Below, piece by piece: positions 5,740 through 15,783 of a DNA stretch of 28,255 nt. A program made the translations under genes and the position numbers. The stretch lies in IMG/VR virus record IMGVR_UViG_3300030372_001114, positions 1-28,255 of that record. One strand, written 5' to 3'. The notes beneath the pieces are model-generated. The model was given only the letters and a program-made list of their open reading frames with translations. It did no database searches and had not been told where the DNA came from. Position 1 is the first letter of the stretch. Every line of letters starts with the position of its first letter. The stretch comes from a virus. Taxonomy: Duplodnaviria > Caudoviricetes.

Positions 5740-6789
5740 CTACCATACTTCTGTGAGTTTCATTTTGCAAGTATATAGATTAGGTGCGCTTTGTTGCACA
5801 GATATTGACTTCTGATTAATTCTTACTTTTGCAAATTCTTGCTTGGTGTTATCTACTTGTAGAATCATAGGAATTTGACCACCCATAGAAAATGTAGTTA
5901 GCCAACCCATAATATTGCCCTGATGAACACTACCATCAAAGCCATCAAAAGCACCATTAGATGTATCATATATACCAGCCATTGTATCTTCTGAAGTCTT
6001 AGGGAATGTATCTTCTTTAGATAAGAATGACCACGTTAAATCCCATTCTCTGCGACCACCTTGCGATACTGGTCTAAAATCTCCAGTCGCTTCTGCATCT
6101 GTTGCTTCTATATTAGTCCACGCTGGATAATCTCCCCAATGTGGCTGCTTATAATAATTTATGTTTGATATTGATCTTCCACTAATCGTGTTCTTCGTAG
6201 TGATACCTTCATAGTTTCTCTTGACATTCATAGATAAGTTTGCACTATGAGGAAAGTCAAAGTATCGACCAACAATTAAAGAGCCTAGATTAACCATTTC
6301 TCCATTTACAAATCCAGCGTTCTTTTTTATATATATATCAAATACACCTATATCATCATTACCATTAAAATCATCATCACTTGTCAATTCTTTTATTGTA
6401 TAGCCTAGACTAGATGCAGAACCTACTAAAGAATCACCAGATTTACCACTATAAGCACCTAATTTAATTTTAACCTCATCTGCTCCCACATTACCAAAAT
6501 CGTGTCCTAATGCACCAAAATAGTTAATAGTAGACATAAATTGAGAGAACTGCTTATTATTATTTTTAAAATAAACTTTCCACCCTACATAATTATCTGC
6601 TTCAGATGTTATGTTTACTTGATATGTTTGCATATTAGCTGGATTATAATCCCAAGCTGCCTTATCATCTCCATCGATATTCATATTACGATAACTATCT
6701 ACATAGCCTATACTCTTGCAATATTGCATATAATCGACATATAAACGACATATTTTTACTTGACCATAGCTACTTTTGCTTAACGCCAT
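5740..6789 (-). CDS. Tail structural protein (distal-tail-like)
   Basis: 349 aa; last gene of the tail block; GRREWDLTWSFL and terminal Y...M.LTEVW motifs resemble distal-tail-type proteins. Confidence 0.5.
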   Translation of the reverse strand: MALSKSSYGQVKICRLYVDYMQYCKSIGYVDSYRNMNIDGDDKAAWDYNPANMQTYQVNITSEADNYVGWKVYFKNNNKQFSQFMSTINYFGALGHDFGNVGADEVKIKLGAYSGKSGDSLVGSASSLGYTIKELTSDDDFNGNDDIGVFDIYIKKNAGFVNGEMVNLGSLIVGRYFDFPHSANLSMNVKRNYEGITTKNTISGRSISNINYYKQPHWGDYPAWTNIEATDAEATGDFRPVSQGGRREWDLTWSFLSKEDTFPKTSEDTMAGIYDTSNGAFDGFDGSVHQGNIMGWLTTFSMGGQIPMILQVDNTKQEFAKVRINQKSISVQQSAPNLYTCKMKLTEVW

Positions 6790-7270
6790 AATTTCCCCTA
6801 ATTCTATTTAATTTCATTAAATCACTCTTTGATACTTTTTGTGTATCAACTTCACCTTTTGGATTATAATATTTTTGCTCTCCATTTATTTTAAATGACA
6901 ACAAAGACTTTTGCTTCGGTATATATTTATTAGTTCTATTATAATTTTCATAAGTAGTAGTTGATTCGTCCCATTTACTATCGATTGCACTAAAATTATC
7001 AGTTATAGTGTTTAATTTTATCTTTAATAACTCTTTATCTTTACTATATGCTCTTACTTGATTAATATCAAAATTACCATTATAAGTCATTAGTAGTTCT
7101 TGTGGATCATCTAAAAATAATATAATTATCTTACTACTATTCATACCTGATATTACATTACCAGCAATATCTGCTATTATACTTCCTGAATAATCTATCT
7201 CTAATGCTTTTACTGAACTTGCATTGCTAATTTCTATTGTGTTTATATGTTGTGTTAATGTTATACTCAT
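6770..7270 (-). CDS. Small beta-rich protein, candidate cohesin-like domain
   Basis: 166 aa; first about 90 aa are short alternating strands (TIEISN, VKALEIDYSG, KIIIL, ELLMTYNGNFDINQVRAY); TAATG-coupled to the dockerin-bearing gene. Confidence 0.4.
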   Translation of the reverse strand: MSITLTQHINTIEISNASSVKALEIDYSGSIIADIAGNVISGMNSSKIIILFLDDPQELLMTYNGNFDINQVRAYSKDKELLKIKLNTITDNFSAIDSKWDESTTTYENYNRTNKYIPKQKSLLSFKINGEQKYYNPKGEVDTQKVSKSDLMKLNRIRGNYGVKQK

Positions 7271-10200
7271 TAGTCATTACCTAAAATTATTTGCATTAAT
7301 CGAATTGCATCTAAAATATTAATCGCAGCATTACCATCTAGATTAGCCAATTCTTTTTGTTGGTCTGTATAATCAGGATTATTAAAACCACCACCTTCTA
7401 TCATATCCATTAATGTAAGAACATCAAATATGTCTATATTTTGGTCTAAATTTACATCACCGACTTGATAATCATAAAATTCTTGTTCTCCATATTCTTT
7501 TTCTTCTAGCTTGTGTAATTGCACACACTCTATATCTACTTTTGTTAAATCTTTCTTAATGCTTGTAATCATAAAATATGGATATACTACTTGGTCTATA
7601 ATAGTGTTTTCTATGCTCATATCCATACCATAAGGCTTAGTATTATTAATATTAGTCCTATTACCCATATTATCAACAAAGTCTATTATATCGCCTATTT
7701 CTAATTCTATTGCATCGCCTAATGGAATCTGAAATGATAATAATAAATGTTGATTTTTATTTAATTCAAATAAATGTTTAGCTAATAGGTTTGCAGATAA
7801 GTCATCTTGTATATATTCTGCTTCATATTCTAATGTATAAGTATCTTCATCTTTTATATCATATAGCACTTGTTGTGATGATGGGAAATTATGTTTTATA
7901 TCTTCTGTTGTTTTTGTGTATTCTTCTTTAACATAATCATAACCATATTTTACTCTGCATTTTACAGCCACATCTTCTATCTTAGTTTTGCTATATTTGT
8001 GTCGCATTATTTGATTAACATTTATACTTTTATCTATATCATCATCTGTATATGTATTTTTAATACCTACTACAGATGGAATACCACTATACAAGCTCGT
8101 TCTATAAAACAATGGAGATGATTGAGATATTTTCTTTAATATATCTATTCCCTTTTCATCTTTATATATTGAGAAATCAAGTTCATAGTTATCATCAATT
8201 ACATTTACTCTATTTATATCTTCTTCTAATCCTAATTCTCTTTTCATTAAATCATCTATAACATCAGATGGCTTTTTTATCATCTCTTTTACTTCTTGAG
8301 TATCTACTAATATATTTGTAGTAAGTGGATCAAAAGTTGCAAATACATAATTATTATCTTGAGTATCATCATTACCAAAATCTATTCTTGTTCTTATATC
8401 CGATTCATTAAATATAGCATTTTTTGGAAAAGCATCTATTAAATCCGTTGCTTCATCTAAATACTCAAATCCTGATAAAACACCATCTTGATATATTTTT
8501 TTACCATATCTTAATGACATAGAGGATATAGATTCATTATTTAAATCAACCCAACTACCACCACTATCCTTCCTAAGTATTGTTGCATTTGATAAAAATT
8601 GATATATGCTATCTGTTGCATTTATATCAGTAGTAAATTCTGACACATCTATATCATATAATGTTATATTCTTATTTTGTATTTGACCATCTATAACTAA
8701 ATCATATCGTTCGTTTTGAAAATATAAATTTTTAAATTTTCTATTAGTCAAATAATCATATACTTCTAATAATGTGTTTTCTTGTTCTAATTCCTCTATT
8801 CCATTTTCTAAATTATTAGATGATTTATATTTAATTTGTAAATTTTCTACTTTTATTATTTTATTGTAATTATCAATTAAAATATTATCTATTGTTTTAG
8901 CTCTACCTCTTGCATTTAAAAAGAAATCCTTATTAAATACTTCAGATTGATACCAATTCCTTTTATAAATCATACTTTTAAATTCTGATTGAATATTCAT
9001 TAGCAAACTATCACCATTCTCAGTCCAACCACCACCCCAAGAACTTTGTTGAGTTAAATCCCAAGTTGGAACAATATATCCAGTAAATATATTTGTATCT
9101 AACCAATTAGCACTATCTATCCACTCATCGTCCATACGCCAAGTATTAATCTCATTATCTAATTCTTGTTGGGCTGTTGTTTGAAAAGTATTTCTATTAT
9201 CTTGCGAGAAAAAAGTTCCTTCAACATTAGATATAGGCATAGATGTCCTTATTCTAAGTGGTGATTTTTCTTGGAATCTTCGTGCAAGTTTAGGCATATA
9301 ATCGTAATCGTGTTGATCCCAAGGATTAAACTCCTCATCATCACTTGATACTGCTATATTTTGTATTAAATCAACAATACCAATATGTGTTTCAGTCCAA
9401 TTAGAGTTATCAATTTCTTCAGATGGCTTTGAAATAAAGTTTGCTTGTTGAGGGAATATGCAATATTCTAAAGATTCTGGCTCGTCCTTAGCTCCACCAC
9501 CTACATATTCAGCTTCTATATTATTATTAAATGCTCCTATCATATTACCATCTGTAATAATACGTTTTTCTTTTCCTTCAGATATTGACACACTTGATTT
9601 TATTGGCTCAAACTCTAATTCAAATATAGGAACGTCAAAACTTCTATAATCTCCAAATTGATGTTCATTATACGATAATTCTTCTATATCAATTGCATAA
9701 TTAATAACAGATAACATATCTGAATACTTATCTTTTATATTAAATTTTTGTTCTAGCAAAAATTGTTTTTGAGCAATAATAGAATTAAAAAGTGGATATA
9801 ACATAAAAGCATACCTAATTACATAAACATTAGCTTTTTTTAATTTACTTATTTCTGAGCATAATAAATTTCCAGTTGATATAAACTTAGGTGAATTAGA
9901 ATCTTGTGCAGTATTAAGCACAACAGCCGTGTTATTATCATTTAAAGTATATTGTGTATTCCAATCAATTTCATATTCATAATTGTTTTCTTTTAATCCT
10001 TGTGTAATTATTTTATTAGCTCTATCAGGTGGCTGACTATATACAATCGCAGCATTATCTCCGAGCTTAATACTTAAACTACTATTATTAATAAGTTGAT
10101 TTGGAGATGTAGTATCATCTAAAGCAAATGGACTTATAGGCTTTATACCAATAATATCAGAATTATCTAAAAATGCTCTATCAGGAATAATAAAAATATT

Positions 10201-10794
10201 ATTATCAGCAAATGCAGATTCTATTGTATTGTTATTTATAAAAAGAACTGCTGGTGCATTTTCTAAATGTCCATATAATATTGGTATTCTTCTTTCGTTA
10301 TCACCTACAAATGTATTTTTTCCTTCATATAATGTATCATCAACTCTGGGAAGTTCTTTGTGAAATTCGTCTATAAATCTATCTTCGCATTGTAAAGTAA
10401 TATCAGAACTATTGTGTGTTATTCCAGTTATTTTTAATGAAGCTATTGTCATACAATCTTCTAAACTTTCGCAAGATTGTGTTTTTATATAAATATCAAC
10501 AATACCACCACTCATTTCGCCTACAATCGTATCTGAGAAGCGTATTCCACTTATTTCGGAATTATTTATTATTATTGATGTTCCACTTAGCTTTATCTTT
10601 TTATCTCGTAAATTAATCGACTCTTTAAGTCCACCAACCTTCATTATTAAATCGTCATAATAAATACCATCTAATGTCTGTGATTGAGTTGATAGATAAT
10701 ACGTTTTTAAACTATGATTAATTACAAATAAGAGATCAAAATTGTTGATGCTAGAAGATAAATCGTTTTTTATTTTAGGTTTTAATTCTATCAC
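7270..10794 (-). CDS. Large tail-tip/hub protein with C-terminal dockerin domain
   Basis: 1174 aa directly after the tape measure gene; IPILYG and LEIGDII motifs of tail-tip proteins; ends in a duplicated Ca-binding dockerin motif. Confidence 0.7.
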   Translation of the reverse strand: MIELKPKIKNDLSSSINNFDLLFVINHSLKTYYLSTQSQTLDGIYYDDLIMKVGGLKESINLRDKKIKLSGTSIIINNSEISGIRFSDTIVGEMSGGIVDIYIKTQSCESLEDCMTIASLKITGITHNSSDITLQCEDRFIDEFHKELPRVDDTLYEGKNTFVGDNERRIPILYGHLENAPAVLFINNNTIESAFADNNIFIIPDRAFLDNSDIIGIKPISPFALDDTTSPNQLINNSSLSIKLGDNAAIVYSQPPDRANKIITQGLKENNYEYEIDWNTQYTLNDNNTAVVLNTAQDSNSPKFISTGNLLCSEISKLKKANVYVIRYAFMLYPLFNSIIAQKQFLLEQKFNIKDKYSDMLSVINYAIDIEELSYNEHQFGDYRSFDVPIFELEFEPIKSSVSISEGKEKRIITDGNMIGAFNNNIEAEYVGGGAKDEPESLEYCIFPQQANFISKPSEEIDNSNWTETHIGIVDLIQNIAVSSDDEEFNPWDQHDYDYMPKLARRFQEKSPLRIRTSMPISNVEGTFFSQDNRNTFQTTAQQELDNEINTWRMDDEWIDSANWLDTNIFTGYIVPTWDLTQQSSWGGGWTENGDSLLMNIQSEFKSMIYKRNWYQSEVFNKDFFLNARGRAKTIDNILIDNYNKIIKVENLQIKYKSSNNLENGIEELEQENTLLEVYDYLTNRKFKNLYFQNERYDLVIDGQIQNKNITLYDIDVSEFTTDINATDSIYQFLSNATILRKDSGGSWVDLNNESISSMSLRYGKKIYQDGVLSGFEYLDEATDLIDAFPKNAIFNESDIRTRIDFGNDDTQDNNYVFATFDPLTTNILVDTQEVKEMIKKPSDVIDDLMKRELGLEEDINRVNVIDDNYELDFSIYKDEKGIDILKKISQSSPLFYRTSLYSGIPSVVGIKNTYTDDDIDKSINVNQIMRHKYSKTKIEDVAVKCRVKYGYDYVKEEYTKTTEDIKHNFPSSQQVLYDIKDEDTYTLEYEAEYIQDDLSANLLAKHLFELNKNQHLLLSFQIPLGDAIELEIGDIIDFVDNMGNRTNINNTKPYGMDMSIENTIIDQVVYPYFMITSIKKDLTKVDIECVQLHKLEEKEYGEQEFYDYQVGDVNLDQNIDIFDVLTLMDMIEGGGFNNPDYTDQQKELANLDGNAAINILDAIRLMQIILGND
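7273..7461 (-). other. Type I dockerin domain
   Basis: GDVNLDQNIDIFDVLTLMDMI...QKELANLDGNAAINILDAIRLMQIILG: two Dx[N/D]x[D/N]xxx[D/N]xxD loop-helix repeats. Confidence 0.88.
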
Positions 10795-12383
10795 GACATA
10801 CCAAAATCAGTTCCACGTCTAACTGCATCTGCTATTCTATCTGCAAGTTCGCCTTCTACAAATTCATCAGTCATTACGTTACCTTGTATTATAATTTGTG
10901 ATCCACCACCAGCGTTATTAACACCTTCCATAGGAGTTACAGACACATACTCTGCTTGACCACCCTCACCAACTGTAAATTGAGTTGGCTCATCTACAAC
11001 TCCTTCAAATCCATATTGAGCGCCTTCTTTTTGTTTTGCTGATGCTTGAGCTTCTCTATAAGCAGATTGAATCTGTATAACATTTGCTAAACCAGCTGCA
11101 ATAATTGCAGTTCCAGTTATAATTCCAGCTGGGCCACCTAGTGCATAAGCCCTATTTGCACCAGCATAAGTATCTGCTATTGCTTGTGCTATTGTTAAAT
11201 CCTTAACTAATTTTGCATTTTCACCAGTAGCTCCAGCTAATGATGCAAAACTACTAAATATCTGCGAATTTGCTGCAACTTCAGCAGCAGCGCCAATTTG
11301 CATCATTGTTGCCTTTGTTCGAGATACTTCTATTAATCTATTAGTTAAGTTTATTTCTTCTTCTTTTTGAGTATTTTTTACTGTATTTAATTTTATTTCT
11401 TCAGGTAATGTTTTTTCTCTTAAAGTAGCAAGTGCTTGTTCTCCCTCAGTTAATCCAACTAAATTTTCTCTCTCTTGAACAAGTAAATAGCTTGTATCTA
11501 CCCTAAACATTGCTAGTTTTTCTTGTAATTTTATATTATCTTCAGTAAGCTCATTTATTCGTTCAGTAAAATCAACCCCAACAGAAAGCCCATCATAAGA
11601 AGCAACACCTTTTTCGTTAAGTTCTGTTAATTCTATTATTTTTTGTTTATTACTTTCGATTTGTCTTTCTATAATTTCCATTGGCTCTACAGCATCTCTT
11701 AATTGTAAAAATTTAAAAGCTAAATTTTCAATCGATGGGCTTAATTTTGCACCTATATCTTCAGCCATATCGCCTACCACATTTTTAACTCTAGATAGTG
11801 TTCCTTGTAGTGTCATCGCTTCAGTTTTTGCAACACCTTCAAACAATTCTCCCATCACCTCAACTGCTTTACCAGCTTTCATTTCTTCGGCTGTTAAATC
11901 TCTTAGTTGTGGAACAAGCTCTCCAAGTTCTCCAGCTAGTCCACTAAAAGTCTTTGCAGTATTCCTGACTGCTGATTCAAGTGTCATTCCAGTAGCTGCT
12001 GCTAAATCTGCTGCAACTGGAAGTATATCTTTTATCTGATCCTCAGTCATTCCAATAGAACCTAGAAATGCTTGTTGTGCTATAATAGCTTCATCACCAA
12101 ATGTTGTTACTGTTTGCATCGCAGATGCTTGGTCTAATAATGCTTGTGATGTTCTACCTAGTGCTTGTTCTAGCTTTTTTTCTGCTAATTCTTGTTGTGC
12201 AAAAGCATCTACAGAAGCATTAATACCATCTAATAATGCTCGACCTCCAAAATATGCACCAGCAACAGTCATAGCTTTTGTTGCTAATCCACCCAAAGCA
12301 TTGTTTAATCCCTTTACTTGTGTTTTAGAATCTTTGAATCCTCTGGTTTTTGCTTGTATTTCGTAAGTAGTTTTATTAGCCAT
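10791..12383 (-). CDS. Tail tape measure protein
   Basis: 530 aa, Ala/Gly-rich and helical; TTFGDE, AADLAAATG, C-terminal VGEGG.AEYV; follows the chaperone genes. Confidence 0.88.
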   Translation of the reverse strand: MANKTTYEIQAKTRGFKDSKTQVKGLNNALGGLATKAMTVAGAYFGGRALLDGINASVDAFAQQELAEKKLEQALGRTSQALLDQASAMQTVTTFGDEAIIAQQAFLGSIGMTEDQIKDILPVAADLAAATGMTLESAVRNTAKTFSGLAGELGELVPQLRDLTAEEMKAGKAVEVMGELFEGVAKTEAMTLQGTLSRVKNVVGDMAEDIGAKLSPSIENLAFKFLQLRDAVEPMEIIERQIESNKQKIIELTELNEKGVASYDGLSVGVDFTERINELTEDNIKLQEKLAMFRVDTSYLLVQERENLVGLTEGEQALATLREKTLPEEIKLNTVKNTQKEEEINLTNRLIEVSRTKATMMQIGAAAEVAANSQIFSSFASLAGATGENAKLVKDLTIAQAIADTYAGANRAYALGGPAGIITGTAIIAAGLANVIQIQSAYREAQASAKQKEGAQYGFEGVVDEPTQFTVGEGGQAEYVSVTPMEGVNNAGGGSQIIIQGNVMTDEFVEGELADRIADAVRRGTDFGMS

Positions 12384-12798
12384 TTTTACCCTTTGTGCTG
12401 AATTGTATCATTTCTTCTTGTATTATAGTAAACTCATCAACAACTTCTGCTGGAGTTTCTTTTAGTGATGGATATGGAGGACAATTAAAGTCTTTACAGA
12501 ATTGATATTCCCTTATTCTCATTTGGCTGTTTTCGTCTATTAACTTATCCATATTAACAAACATAAGAGCCTGTTCGTATAATGCTTCTCCCACTCTGTC
12601 AAATCCCTTTTGTTTACATTCATTATAACATTCAAATATAACTCGATATACGTCATCGATACTATCAAATGTTACATCGTTACCAGTATATGGGCTTAAC
12701 GCTACATAAGGAAATTCATTTGGAAATGTGTTTACCTTCTGTATTCCGTGTAAAGATATTTGAACATTGATCCTTAACTTGATTTCTTCAATTTTTTT
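12376..12798 (-). CDS. Tail assembly chaperone -1 frameshift extension (gpT-like)
   Basis: The -1 frame opens at the A9 run and reads KKIEEIKLRINVQISLHG...KGFDRVGEALYEQ... without a stop into ORF 12376-12594. Confidence 0.85.
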   Translation of the reverse strand, partial: KKIEEIKLRINVQISLHGIQKVNTFPNEFPYVALSPYTGNDVTFDSIDDVYRVIFECYNECKQKGFDRVGEALYEQALMFVNMDKLIDENSQMRIREYQFCKDFNCPPYPSLKETPAEVVDEFTIIQEEMIQFSTKGKNG

Positions 12799-13040
12799 TT
12801 ATTCACAATGAAGTAACATTCTTTAGCAATCAATATAATGTCAATATCTGTAAACTCGTTAAGCTCATCTTCAGTAAATTTTGTTGCTATTAAACAACAT
12901 TCTGCAAATGATGTCCAATCCAATGGCTCAGATAACTCTGCTTTATGGTATAAATTGTTAAATTTACCCCTATCTCGTAAGTTTAACTCTTTTATATCAA
13001 ATTGTATATCTTTCTTATTTTCGCTTGTTATTTTAGCCAT
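12774..13040 (-). CDS. Tail assembly chaperone (gpG-like)
   Basis: 88 aa between tail tube and tape measure genes; slippery site near its 3' end. Confidence 0.82.
   Translation of the reverse strand: MAKITSENKKDIQFDIKELNLRDRGKFNNLYHKAELSEPLDWTSFAECCLIATKFTEDELNEFTDIDIILIAKECYFIVNKKKLKKSS
12792..12800 (-). promoter_or_regulatory. Programmed -1 frameshift slippery site (A AAA AAA)
   Basis: AAT AAA AAA AAA TTG in the gpG frame; -1 frame is TAA AAA AAA ATT and then stays open. Confidence 0.85.
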
Positions 13041-13056
13041 TTAGTTTATCCTTATT

Positions 13057-14148
13057 TTACCACGCTGATTGTGATTCACCATTAAATACTGATATTTGAA
13101 ATGCTTCGTTAGTATCTGAAGCACCAGTCGTAACACCTTCAAATGCTAAAGAATGGAATATTCCGTTCTCAGATATATCTTGTGCTGGATCACCAGTATA
13201 TTGAACATTCATCGCAATATTTGCTTCACCTACAGAAGATACAGTTCCATCACCAATATTTAGTGCTATTGCAAGTGTATCTCCATCAAGAAAATCTTGA
13301 ATAACATTTTCACCAGCACCATAATCTGCATTTGCATCATATTTAATAGTCATACTTCCAGTTACTGTATATTCAGGTATAGAGTATGCTTCTGCATCAC
13401 CATTTGAATTAAAACCAACTCTATTTACTCCATTAGATATACTTACACTAAAGTTTTTTAATACTACGTCCATATTAGCACCATCAACAGTTAATGTCTT
13501 TGTAGATAAATCACCTATGTTATAGTAACCAGTAGTTTCAGGAGCTACCCAAGAGCCATTAAAAGTCTGCTCTAATACACTTCCAGTAGATACTGGATTT
13601 GAGAAGCCACTAAAATAGTTACCACTCATAGTCATAAAGCCACCATTAGTTCCATAATCCATCGATAATGTAAGATCAGAACACATTACTCCAGTTACTT
13701 TAATTCCTTCTCCAGCAGCTGGATAATAAGCTAGATTTACTGTATGTGGAATATTATTTGATATTGTTCCACCTATTGCTGAAATCAATGTTCCTTCACC
13801 ACCAATCTCTGTTAAGTGAACATAACTTCCTGATTCACTATGTTCTTGTGCTACAAGAGCAAGATGTTGTGCTAATAACTTTGGAGTAGCAATCATCTCG
13901 AAAGGCATCGTTATTGTTCCACCTCTTGTATTAAGAATTGTATCGTTAGCGTTTTTTACTAATCCTCTACCTGATAATAATCTTGATTCCCTTGTTACAT
14001 TAAATGTTGGTTTAGTTGGCTGAACGATTGGAAGTTGTCTATAATCTTCTCCATCTGCTCCACTACTATCCAATCCAACTCCAAAGGTACTTTCACCTAA
14101 AATACCAACTTTAACATTACTTATGGGAAGGTTTGTTGCACTAGCCAT
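13057..14148 (-). CDS. Major tail tube protein
   Basis: 363 aa; GILGESTFG N-terminus, NFSVSISNG and TVTGSMTIKY strands; canonical position. Confidence 0.8.
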   Translation of the reverse strand: MASATNLPISNVKVGILGESTFGVGLDSSGADGEDYRQLPIVQPTKPTFNVTRESRLLSGRGLVKNANDTILNTRGGTITMPFEMIATPKLLAQHLALVAQEHSESGSYVHLTEIGGEGTLISAIGGTISNNIPHTVNLAYYPAAGEGIKVTGVMCSDLTLSMDYGTNGGFMTMSGNYFSGFSNPVSTGSVLEQTFNGSWVAPETTGYYNIGDLSTKTLTVDGANMDVVLKNFSVSISNGVNRVGFNSNGDAEAYSIPEYTVTGSMTIKYDANADYGAGENVIQDFLDGDTLAIALNIGDGTVSSVGEANIAMNVQYTGDPAQDISENGIFHSLAFEGVTTGASDTNEAFQISVFNGESQSAW

Positions 14149-14336
14149 TATTTATCTCCTTTACTTTTCTTTTTATCTATTGCTGTTACCAATCCCATAG
14201 ATTGCATCTCTAATGCAACTTCTTTCGGCAACGCTATTGTTTTACCATCTTTTAAATCATCAAATTCTTTTGATGTGCAAGGCATACCAACTGAACTGAA
14301 TTTTTGCAATTTATCTACTAAAGGTTTTACATTCAT
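14148..14336 (-). CDS. Small hypothetical protein (start reassigned to MNVKPL)
   Basis: AGGAG SD before the ATG at 14336. Confidence 0.6.
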   Translation of the reverse strand: MNVKPLVDKLQKFSSVGMPCTSKEFDDLKDGKTIALPKEVALEMQSMGLVTAIDKKKSKGDK

Positions 14337-14344
14337 ACTTTCTC

Positions 14345-14782
14345 CTAAGCTACATTTCCTAAATGTTTGCAATTAAAACTCATTGTTACTACATACTTTT
14401 CTTCTTCTTCCTCTGTATTGTATTCTGTTGTTTCTATCTTACAATCATAGGCTTTAGAAGAATCTGATAACTCCATTGTAATATTATCGTGAATAAGTGC
14501 TTCTATTCTAGCTACAACGCGAAGAACATTATCAAGAGCTACTTTTTCTATATCTTTTTTACCACTATAATACAAGAAATTAATGTTATACTCTCTAGTT
14601 TCAGAGAAAGAAGCATATTCAAGCAATGAATTGCTTATCGGATCTAATCGTAGATACTGACTACTAACATTTTTAGTATCGTGTCCAACGTATATTGGTA
14701 ATGTGTTCCCAAACTCTGTTCTTAATATATTCTTTAATTTATCGAGTATATTCTTAAAATTATTTTTAGGAGTTATCGGCAT
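14345..14782 (-). CDS. Putative tail terminator/completion protein
   Basis: 145 aa; size, alpha/beta pattern and position upstream of the tube gene. Confidence 0.55.
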   Translation of the reverse strand: MPITPKNNFKNILDKLKNILRTEFGNTLPIYVGHDTKNVSSQYLRLDPISNSLLEYASFSETREYNINFLYYSGKKDIEKVALDNVLRVVARIEALIHDNITMELSDSSKAYDCKIETTEYNTEEEEEKYVVTMSFNCKHLGNVA

Positions 14783-15780
14783 TAGTAGCTATATCCTCGT
14801 CTAGTTAAATCAATCGCACTTGATTGTGCATTTGTTATTTCTCTACTAGCACTTGCTACTTCAATCTCCCAATAGTCATTCTGTGTCATTGATGCACCTT
14901 GAAATCTTACCATTAATCCACCTAATCCATTTAATTCTTGTAGTCCACCAGTAACTAGTTCTGGATCAGATTCTTGACCGAATATCTTATCATTACCATA
15001 ATACTCTACTTTTACTTCTGCAACACCATAAGCACCAGTCGTTGTGCAAGTTATTTTTAATAAATCATATGCTTCACCTACATATTGTCCATCAGTTTCC
15101 ACTATATCCATACTTCCTGATACGCTTTTATTATTAATCGCACCTTGTCTATCTTTAGCATCTACTTCATAAGATAACTTAAATTCACCAGCATTTAGCC
15201 TATCTACTATTCCAGTCCTATCAGCATTTGTTACTTGTGAATAGTAATAATCAGCTTCTTCTGTTTGACCTTCAGCTCTTAATATGTTTGCGACACAAAT
15301 GTACGATGTCATCTTAATTACGATTGCATCATATTCTTTAGCTTGGGTATTTGACGCTGTATTTTGGTCTATTTGAGCAACTTTAGGTAATGGGGTAGCA
15401 TATCTAGCATCTAGTAAATTATTTAGCTCCATTGAAGCGTTTACTAGCATTTGGTCAAAATAAGTAGCATTGTCAATACCACCCTCCATTAGTAAATCTA
15501 TTGGATTAGAAGCATCGTTAAAATAATAAATAGTATCTAAAGCACTATCATAATACCATTCACCATTAACATTTACTACACCACTATTAGCTTCTGCATC
15601 TCCTAAATCCTCTCCATTGACAAATAATTGAGTAACTAAGCCTGAATTTCTTGCTAGATATAGATTAGATGTTCCAGTCGTTTCCCAACCTAGAATCTGT
15701 CTTTTAGCATCGTAAGATGAGAAGTTTGGATAATACATCTCAAGATCACTTTGACTTGCATATTTAAAATCAGTAGCCAT
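14782..15780 (-). CDS. Putative head-tail adaptor with extra domains
   Basis: YAS.SDL N-terminus and NAS.ELNNLL.ARY.TPLP motif typical of adaptor proteins; 332 aa. Confidence 0.55.
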   Translation of the reverse strand: MATDFKYASQSDLEMYYPNFSSYDAKRQILGWETTGTSNLYLARNSGLVTQLFVNGEDLGDAEANSGVVNVNGEWYYDSALDTIYYFNDASNPIDLLMEGGIDNATYFDQMLVNASMELNNLLDARYATPLPKVAQIDQNTASNTQAKEYDAIVIKMTSYICVANILRAEGQTEEADYYYSQVTNADRTGIVDRLNAGEFKLSYEVDAKDRQGAINNKSVSGSMDIVETDGQYVGEAYDLLKITCTTTGAYGVAEVKVEYYGNDKIFGQESDPELVTGGLQELNGLGGLMVRFQGASMTQNDYWEIEVASASREITNAQSSAIDLTRRGYSY

Positions 15781-15783
15781 TTA

